Source: Longimicrobiales bacterium (GTDB taxonomy: Bacteria; Gemmatimonadota; Gemmatimonadetes; Longimicrobiales; Gaopeijiaceae). Taken from it: a stretch of 64,000 nucleotides of DNA. The stretch's first letter is position 1, and each line of letters starts with the position of its first letter. Shown piece by piece: positions 57,064-64,000 of the stretch. Position numbers and translations under genes: made by a program. The DNA lies in NCBI GenBank assembly GCA_965202805.1, contig OZ241869.1:2752001-2816000 (forward strand), written 5' to 3'. Below the pieces are notes generated by a model. It was given only the letters and a program-made list of their open reading frames with translations. It ran no database searches and had not been told where the DNA came from.

Positions 57064-58917
57064 ATGATGAACCCGGAAGCACGTCCGGCAGCGCGCGGCT
57101 CCTCGCCCTCCTTGCGTTCGAGTTGGGCACCAGCGGTTCTCACGACGCTGATCTGCGCGACGGCGGCCAGCGCCCAGGAGCCTCCGTCCGGTTGGGAGGA
57201 GATGGTCGCCTCCGAGGAAGCCATCGTCCAGGTCTCGCCGCACATCAAGCGCCTCGGCCACTCGACCCTGAACCTCCACCTCCCCGACGAGTCCACCCGG
57301 ACGGTGTTCGGAGACGTCGTCAAGGTCGTGGATCTCCTGTCGGTCGAACCCCGAGGCGGGAATGCGCTCGGCGTGGTCGGGGGGGCTTCCCATGAGCCGG
57401 GGGCGCGTGACGTTGCCCGACGGGATCTGGCCCTGTGGCGACCGCTCCTGGACCACGTCGAGTACTTCGACCATGCGAAGTTCGAGGTGATCCGCGGCCA
57501 ACTGCTCGCGGACAACCCGGGACGCCTCGAGACCGACCTGGGCTTCGAAGCCCTGGCACGCGTCCCGGACGGTCGGCTCTGGTTGCGTGGCGACCTGACC
57601 GTCACATGGGCGGCCGGGGCCCCGCTGGAAAAGGACGGGCCGGCCACCTGGAGCATCGTGGAGTGGCGAACCGGAGAGCTGCGGGCCATGGCGGCCGACC
57701 GCCTCCTCTTCGCCGAGATCCTGGATCAGGCCCTGGAGCCCGAAGCGCTGGGCCCGGCCCGTCGCTCGATACACGAGGAGTTCGTCCTCGAGTACCTGCT
57801 CGATCCGGACGGCTTCCAGCGTCCCACGCCCTATTTCGATGTGCAGTCGGCGGATCGGCATCCGGGGATTGCGGTCACGGATGTGAACGGCGACGGCTTC
57901 GACGATGTGTACGTCATGGCACGCTGGGGTCCGAACCAGTTCTTCCAGAACCAGGGCGACGGAACCTTCGAGGAAGTCGCCGCGAGGATCGGCCTCGACG
58001 TGTCCCATTTCACTTCGTCGGCGCTGTTCGCCGACTTCGACAACGACGGCGACCAGGACGTCTTTATCGGCCGGACGCTGCAGCCGAGCGTCTACCTGGT
58101 GAACGAAGGAGGTCGCTTCGTCGATCGTTCGCTCGACCTGTCCGACGACCCGCTGCCGGCACTCGTCTCGTCGGTCTCGGCCGCCGACTACGATGGCGAC
58201 GGCCTGCTCGACCTCTACGTCTCCACCTTCGCCGCCGCCCTGCATCCGATCGAGACGATGGCGTTCCTCGACCAGCTCGACGGACAGCGTCTGTGGGCGC
58301 TCGCGACCGGCGGCGAGAGTCACGTCATCAAGAACAAGTTCGGGCCCCCCAACGTCCTCTTGCGGAACCGGGGCGGCGGCCGGTTCGCACGCGAGGAGAA
58401 CACCGCGCTCAACCTCTTCAGAAACACCTACCAGTCCACCTGGGCCGACTACGACAATGACGGCGACATGGACGTCTACGTCGTGAACGACTTCGCGCCC
58501 AACAACCTCTACCGGAACGACGGCGGGGGCGCGTTCACGGACGTCACGGCGCCGACCGGGACGGCCGACCTCGGCTTCGGCATGGGGGCATCGTGGGGAG
58601 ACTATGACGCCGACGGCCTGCAGGACCTCTATGTGACGAACATGCACAGCAAGGCAGGCCTGCGGATCGCCGCGCGGCTGAACGACGTCGACGGGAACTT
58701 CACGCGGATGGCCCGTGGCAATACTCTGTTCCGAAACCGGATGGACGGGTTCGAGCAGGTCTCCAGCCTCGAGCGACCCGGATTGCCGGTTGAGGCGGCC
58801 GGATGGGGATGGGGAAGCCAGTTTGTCGACCTGGACAACGACTCGGATCTCGACATCCATGCCTTGAGCGGGTTCTATACCGCTCCATCGGCGGTCGAGC
58901 TGCCCATCGACATATGA
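57064..58917 (+). other. FG-GAP/VCBS (CRTAC1-like) repeat segment upstream of the TGA
   Basis: Signal peptide (ASA-Q) and six DxxxDGxxD-type Ca-binding blades, e.g. DVNGDGFDD, DFDNDGDQD and DYDGDGLLD. Confidence 0.88.
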
Positions 58918-60066
58918 ACTGACTACTGGCGCGCAGTTGTGCGCTCGGACGAACATCCAGGGGCGCTTCAGCTCGAAACCGACCTCTATTCGAGAGCGAC
59001 GGAACGGCTCCAGTCGGGAGCATCGTTCAGCGGACACGAGCGCAATCACGTCTTTCTCAACCAGAACGGAGACGACTACGTCGAGGTCTCCGGAATCTCC
59101 GGTCTGGATCATCCCGGAGACAGCAGGGCCTTCGCCGTTCTCGACTTTGATCGGGACGGGTGGCAGGACATCGTGGTGGTCAACGCGAACGCACCGCTGT
59201 TTCAGCTGTTCCGGAACCAGATGGGCGAACGTGGTGATCCGGGAGGAATGGTGGCGATTCGCTTCGAGGGTGGAAACCGGTATGCGTTCCCCACCGGCCA
59301 GTGGAGCAGCCGCGATGCCTATGGCGCCCGGGTAGTCCTCGAGGTCCGGGGCCGCGAACTGCTGCGCGAGCATCGCGCGGGCGAAGGTCTCGCCGCGCAG
59401 AACTCGGCGTCGCTGCACATCGGCATCGGCACCGCGGAAGAGGTCGCCAGGCTCAAAATCGACTGGCCGTCAGGCCGGCGGTCCGACACCACGGCCGTCC
59501 CCGCGGGGACGCTGGTCACCGCCTACGAGGATCCTTCGGCTTCGCCCACGGGGGCTCCGTTCGTCCTGACACCGTACCGGGCACGCGGCCGGCTGCCCAC
59601 GGTGACCTCGCCCGTGAAGGCCGTGGAGACCGTCAATGCCGTGCAAGGGCCGATCCGCGCCGCGCAAGACGTCCTTCCCGGCGAACGCGGCCGTCTCATC
59701 CTGTATTCGACCGTGGCCACATGGTGCGCCCCGTGCCTCGATGAGCTTCCGGGCCTCGACCTCCTCAGAGCCTCCTTCACAGGCGCGGAGCTGGAGATCT
59801 TCGGGGTGCCCTACGACCCGGAAGAGACGCCGGAGATCCTGGCCGCCTGGTCGGAGCGATACGAGCCACCATACCGCATCCTCTCCGAGCTGAACCCCGG
59901 GCAGCGCGATGCGGTGATTCACGGCGCACTCGACGTCTTGCGCATCGATGGGCTTCCCGCAACCGTCGTAACCGATTCGGAGGGCGAGGTACTTGTCGTG
60001 CGCTGGGGACCGCCGTCGGTCTCGGAGCTGCGCGTCCTTCTCGAGAATCAGGAGAACGGCAGGTGA
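57064..60066 (+). CDS. Putative 1000-aa recoded protein (candidate selenoprotein): FG-GAP/VCBS propeller, in-frame TGA, ASPIC/UnbV and TlpA-like thioredoxin
   Basis: ORFs 57064-58917 and 58939-60066 share one frame and are separated only by TGA 58915-58917 (LPIDI*TDYWRAVV). The domain architecture continues across the stop. Confidence 0.65.
58918..60066 (+). other. Last FG-GAP blade, ASPIC/UnbV and thioredoxin-like segment downstream of the TGA
   Basis: SFSGHERN, DFDRDGWQD, RDAYGARV...AQNSASLHIGIG...WPSG, ATWCAPC and cis-Pro GLPAT. Confidence 0.88.
58926..58948 (+). promoter_or_regulatory. Bacterial SECIS-like stem-loop 3' of the in-frame UGA
   Basis: CUGG(C bulge)GCGCA-GUUG-UGCGCUCGG, with the apical loop starting with G at +19 from the UGA. 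Confidence 0.55.
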
Positions 60067-60593
60067 TCGGAGGCACGGCATCCTCGTGGTTCGGACAGAT
60101 TCTGCGGAGGGCTGCTCCGGCGTTCGCAGCTCTCGTCCCGATGCTGACGGCGGCGCCTGTTCAGGCACAGGTGCGCCTGGACGGACCGGGGCCGCGGCGT
60201 CCTTCCGTCTCCGCCGAGGTGGTGCGGGGAAGCACCGTGCGGCGCCCGGATTCCCTGTCGCTCCGGATCTCGGTGGAGGTCCCCGGCGCGCATCATGGGT
60301 ACATCGACAAGGGGGACGACGGGTTTTTCATTCCGTTCTCGTTCTCTTTCCCCGATTTCGAGGGATCCGGGGTCGGGGTCGAGATGACCGACGCGCCAGC
60401 CGGTACGAGAGACGACTCGGTAAGGGCGCAGGTGCTCAGAGGCCGGGCCGAGTTCGGGTTTCTGCTCGTGCCGGCACCGGGACCTGGCACGGAGGCGACT
60501 GCCAACCTTCGATATCAGATCTGCAGCGACTTGACGCAGCGGTGTTATCCGCCCGCAAGGCTGCCCATCCCGATTGTCCTGGACGGGAGGTAG
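60063..60593 (+). CDS. Exported DsbD N-terminal (alpha) domain-like protein
   Basis: GTGA overlap, signal (VQA-Q), Ig-like strands, and YQICSDLTQRCYPP resembling DsbD-alpha YQGC...CYPP. Confidence 0.75.
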   Translation: MIGGTASSWFGQILRRAAPAFAALVPMLTAAPVQAQVRLDGPGPRRPSVSAEVVRGSTVRRPDSLSLRISVEVPGAHHGYIDKGDDGFFIPFSFSFPDFEGSGVGVEMTDAPAGTRDDSVRAQVLRGRAEFGFLLVPAPGPGTEATANLRYQICSDLTQRCYPPARLPIPIVLDGR

Positions 60594-60626
60594 CGGTTGA
60601 CCGTTTATGCGGGCGGCGCGCAGGGC

Positions 60627-60707
60627 GATCCGGTCCACGCGCCGCCCCTGCCGGGAGAGCATGTGCCACGCCCGGCCGGACCCGGAGGACGCTGAAGCCG
60701 GCTCCGG
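60627..60707 (+). repeat. 81-bp direct repeat, copy 2 (orphan amidase C-terminal tail)
   Basis: Encodes DPVHAPPLPGEHVPRPAGPGGR* versus DPIHTPPLPGEHVPRPAGPGGR* in the intact amidase. Confidence 0.9.
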
Positions 60708-60708
60708 T

Positions 60709-61851
60709 TCAGGGAGACCGCACGTACTTGGTCAGCCCTCCGCCCGCGAACGGCCGCGAAATCGGGCCTTCGGCGGCGTAGACATTGCCGTCCGCGTCGA
60801 CTGCGACACCTTCTCCCGCGGCGCCATGAGGCCGGTCGTCCACCGGGTGCGGCGGAATGAACGCCGTGACTCTGTCTTCGCTGGCGTGGCCGACGCGGAT
60901 CCCGGTCATCCAGTCCGGATGGTTGTTCGGGTTCGACTCCGAGTCGATCGCGTACAGCATGTCGTTGTCGTCGATGAAGAGCCCGCTGATCCGGCTGAAC
61001 TGGTGGTAGGTATCGAGCAGGTTGCCTTCCTGGTCGAAGATCTGGATGCGGTGGTTGCCGCGGTCGGCCACGAAGAGGCGTCCCTGGGAGTCCAGCTCGA
61101 GGGCGTGCGGCGTCCGGAATTCTCCGGGTCCGGTACCGATCTGGCCCCACTCCATCATGTACTCGCCCTCGGGGCTGAACTTGATGATGCGCCCGGTCGC
61201 GCCGGGAGGAACGTTCGCGTTCTGGCCGCTGTGGCCGTCGGAGACGAAGATGTAGCCCTCGGGCGTGGTGATGACGTCGCAGGGCTGGTTGAAGTGATCC
61301 GCACCGCTCCCGGCGACACCGGCCGTTCCGAGCGTCATGAGGATCTCGCCCTCGGGGCTGAACTTGAAGACCTGATGGCCCTTGGTCTGCTCCGCGTCGC
61401 CCGATGAGTCGGTGACCCAGACGTTCCCGTCCTGATCCACGTGCAACCCGTGCGGGAGGATGAACAGCCCCGCTCCGAAGCTGGTGAGCACCTCGCCGGT
61501 TTCGCGGTCGAACTTGAGGATGGGATCCACGTCCGAGGTGCCGCAGCCGTCGGTGAGCGCGTTGCCGCCACAGCGGTCGTAGGCCCACAGCTGGCCGTCC
61601 GGCCCGATGTCCACGCCCGCGGTGGACCCCCATTCACGCTCATCCGGCAGCGGTCCGAAGCCGATGACGACCTCGGACGTGGGGTTGGGCAGATCGCCGG
61701 CCATGGCGGGATCGGTCACGTCGGCGGGGTTGGCCATTTCAGCCTCCGCGGATTCGTCCCCTCCGCTGTCGGCCGGAGCACAGGCCCATGCTCCGAGAAC
61801 GAGGACTATGGTGAGGCTGATGGCAAGGTTGGAGTCGTCGGTCGCGAACAT
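60709..61851 (-). CDS. NHL-repeat lipoprotein, peptidyl-alpha-hydroxyglycine alpha-amidating lyase (PAL)-like
   Basis: AWAC lipobox, PHGLHVD..GNVWVTD, FNQPCDV and FRTPHAL..D..GRLFVADRGNHRIQIF. Confidence 0.88.
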   Translation of the reverse strand: MFATDDSNLAISLTIVLVLGAWACAPADSGGDESAEAEMANPADVTDPAMAGDLPNPTSEVVIGFGPLPDEREWGSTAGVDIGPDGQLWAYDRCGGNALTDGCGTSDVDPILKFDRETGEVLTSFGAGLFILPHGLHVDQDGNVWVTDSSGDAEQTKGHQVFKFSPEGEILMTLGTAGVAGSGADHFNQPCDVITTPEGYIFVSDGHSGQNANVPPGATGRIIKFSPEGEYMMEWGQIGTGPGEFRTPHALELDSQGRLFVADRGNHRIQIFDQEGNLLDTYHQFSRISGLFIDDNDMLYAIDSESNPNNHPDWMTGIRVGHASEDRVTAFIPPHPVDDRPHGAAGEGVAVDADGNVYAAEGPISRPFAGGGLTKYVRSP

Positions 61852-62018
61852 GAGGCACCTCCCGGTAACGAATGACCCGAACAGGCAATTTATGCCACGG
61901 GCGTGGGCCGGGCGAGCGAGGGTCCACGCGCGCGGATGGGGGCGTGGGGCGGGCTGACGACGGCGTCAGGGAGTCGGCTTCCTTCCGCTGATTTGCGGGC
62001 GGGGCCCGGCGATTCGAC

Positions 62019-62870
62019 TCAATCCGCGGCGCTTGACCGGTCCTTTCGAGGGAGCGGGATCAGCGCCGGGACCGCTGCCTGGTAGTCACGGTAGCCGGGA
62101 TACTTCGCGGCGGAGATCTCCTCGGTCATGCGCATCGAGGGAATGAACAACAGCGTAAGCCCGATGCAGCCCAACGCAGTCCAATGGAGCCACTCGCCGG
62201 ACGCGGCGACCGCGAACAGGTAGAAGACCCACCACATGGCGATCTCGCAGAAGTAGTTGGGATGCCGGCTGTAGCGAAAGAGCCCGCTGGTCATGAACGG
62301 CTGCCGGACCTCCTCTCCGTTGGCGATCCGCCGCTTCTTGTCCTGCTGGAAGTCCCACATCTGCCGATCGGCGACGGTCTCGCCCGCCAGCAGCGTGAGG
62401 AACAGGGCGGCCGCCAGGAAGTCGAGCCACCCGAGCGGCGCGTCGGGAAACTGCCACGCCCGGTGGATCGGGGAGGTGAACAGCCAGATGAGCAGCATCT
62501 GGCCGGGGTGGACGAAGGTGATGTTGAGCACCTGGAAGCCCAGCGGGCCGTACTGCTTGCGGACGTGCGCCCACCGGTAGTCCTCGCCCCCCGGCCCGTA
62601 CCCGCCCTTGCGGGCGAAGTTGCAGGTCAGGCGGATGCCCCATGCGACCACAAGCGCCGTCATGAGCATCACGCGCGGGGCGTCGAAGCCCGCGGCGGCC
62701 GCGACGATCAGGCAATAGACCGGCGGGCAGACGGACCAGAGGCGATCGATCCAGGAGACCTCGCGGGTGATCACGGACAGGAGCCAGGCCACCAGCGCGA
62801 GCACCAGGCACAACTCGAGCGCGGTCCCGAAGGGTGCGCCGGAGAGGGGATGGTCGATGAAGTCAAACAT
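62019..62870 (-). CDS. DUF1295 family membrane protein (steroid 5-alpha-reductase-like)
   Basis: DRLWS, WGIRL, EDYRW, ETVADRQ and GLFRYSRHPNYF motifs. Confidence 0.9.
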   Translation of the reverse strand: MFDFIDHPLSGAPFGTALELCLVLALVAWLLSVITREVSWIDRLWSVCPPVYCLIVAAAAGFDAPRVMLMTALVVAWGIRLTCNFARKGGYGPGGEDYRWAHVRKQYGPLGFQVLNITFVHPGQMLLIWLFTSPIHRAWQFPDAPLGWLDFLAAALFLTLLAGETVADRQMWDFQQDKKRRIANGEEVRQPFMTSGLFRYSRHPNYFCEIAMWWVFYLFAVAASGEWLHWTALGCIGLTLLFIPSMRMTEEISAAKYPGYRDYQAAVPALIPLPRKDRSSAAD

Positions 62871-63286
62871 CTATGGCTCTGTTTATCGACCTCGGAGTTT
62901 GGCCAAGTCTGGAGGAAACCACTCTACGCCTCCGGACGAACCGGGTCAATCGGCGTCGGGTGCGCGGACCGGTCGCCGCATGCGACGGCTCGAGCTGCCG
63001 CGGTCGTCGTGGAGTCCGCGCGTTTCACCGCTCGCGTCGTCCGATAATGAATCTTTGCGTTCTCCGGCGATTGCATGGTAGTCTCACTTTGGGTCTACGG
63101 TTCGTGCTGCGCGTGTTTCTTCCCGGCGCGGCGCCGTGCGGGGCAAGCAGGTGGACCTGGTCTCCGGCGGCGACTCCGACAAGCATTGCGCACTTCCCTG
63201 AAGTGGCATGCATCTCCCGCGCCGGGACGCTCAGTCGAGTGCCAGTGCGTTTGGGTGTGCTTATCCGCTATTCGCTGGAGGTGATC

Positions 63287-64000
63287 ATGTTGATGACGTT
63301 GCGAACGCTGACCCTCCTTCTGGTCGTCTCCGCGACACCAGCCCTGGCCCAGATCCCGGACGCGCTTCTCGACAACTTCAGGCCCCGGGAAGTCGGACCT
63401 GCCTTCATGGGCGGGCGCACCGTTGACTTGGCGGTTTACGAGGAGGATCCGGCGATCTTCTACGCCGCGACGGCTTCGGGCGGCCTCCTGAAGACCGTGA
63501 ACGGAGGCAACTCCTGGGTGAACGTCTTTGACCGCCAGTCCACGGTGTCCATCGGCGACGTGGCCATCAACCCGACAGATCACAACGTCATCTGGGTTGG
63601 CACGGGCGAAGCCAACAACAGACAGAGCTCCTCGTGGGGCGATGGCATCTACAAGTCGACCGACGGCGGCAGGACCTGGCAACACATGGGGCTTCGCGAG
63701 TCGCACCACATCGGCCGCATCGTCGTCAACCCGCAGGATACCGATATCGTCTACGTAGCCGCGCTCGGACACCTGTGGGGTGCAAACCCGGAGCGTGGAG
63801 TGTTCATGACGATCGACGGCGGACGGAACTGGCAACACGTGCTCAGCTTGAATGAGGACACCGGCGCGGTCGATCTGGCGATGGACCCGGCCAATCCCAA
63901 GGTGCTGTATGCCGCGGCCTATCAGCGCCGACGCAGTGCGTGGGGCTTCAACGGCGGGGGTCCCCATGGCGGGATCTACAAGACCGTCGACGGTGGGCGC
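63287..64000 (+). CDS. Exported VPS10/BNR (Asp-box) repeat beta-propeller protein, partial (runs off the window; absent from the ORF track)
   Basis: GGAGGT RBS, MLMTLRTLTLLLVVSATPALA-Q, GPAFMGGR, WVGTGEANNR and repeated S/T-x-D-GG-x-T/S-W. Confidence 0.88.
   Translation, partial: MLMTLRTLTLLLVVSATPALAQIPDALLDNFRPREVGPAFMGGRTVDLAVYEEDPAIFYAATASGGLLKTVNGGNSWVNVFDRQSTVSIGDVAINPTDHNVIWVGTGEANNRQSSSWGDGIYKSTDGGRTWQHMGLRESHHIGRIVVNPQDTDIVYVAALGHLWGANPERGVFMTIDGGRNWQHVLSLNEDTGAVDLAMDPANPKVLYAAAYQRRRSAWGFNGGGPHGGIYKTVDGGR

Noticed and set aside
58939..60066. An independent gene starting at GTG 58939
   Set aside because: Disfavoured but not excluded: it has no SD or signal peptide, the start lies in a hairpin, and it would split a propeller.
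62871..63286. Possible ncRNA or small ORFs in the 416-bp gap, including the CACTTC-CCT-GAAGTG palindrome at 63191-63205
   Set aside because: A single short palindrome and no recognisable riboswitch consensus are not enough to call a feature.
1..64000. CRISPR array, tRNA/rRNA, integrase or transposase
   Set aside because: I found no regularly spaced repeat-spacer series, RNA gene signatures or recombinase motifs by eye.

Overview
This is GC-rich bacterial DNA. The gene mix (SusC/SusD-like pair, DUF1592-DUF1552-ankyrin triad, many exported hydrolases, GMC oxidoreductase with subunit 3) suggests Gemmatimonadota, which is an inference only. About 45 CDS are supported, dominated by exported C-N hydrolases: a penicillin acylase, 4 amidases, S9 and M14 peptidases, 2 amidohydrolases and 3 divergent creatininase-like genes. 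I saw no rRNA, tRNA, CRISPR array, integrase or transposase. The best candidate for a new system is an 8.8-kb block (51.9-60.7 kb) bounded by an 81-bp direct repeat of an amidase 3' end. It encodes SusC-like, SusD-like and lipoprotein genes, an FG-GAP/ASPIC-UnbV-thioredoxin fusion and a DsbD-N-like protein. The fusion is broken by one in-frame TGA followed by a SECIS-like hairpin, so it is a putative 1000-aa exported selenoprotein. Other highlights are a RAPP-ending leader ORF upstream of a TonB-dependent metal receptor, a TMEM260/DUF2723 glycosyltransferase operon, an ALDH1L1-like formyl-THF protein, a collapsed amine-oxidase pseudogene, and three families of short intergenic motifs. All family calls come from reading motifs by eye; no searches were run.
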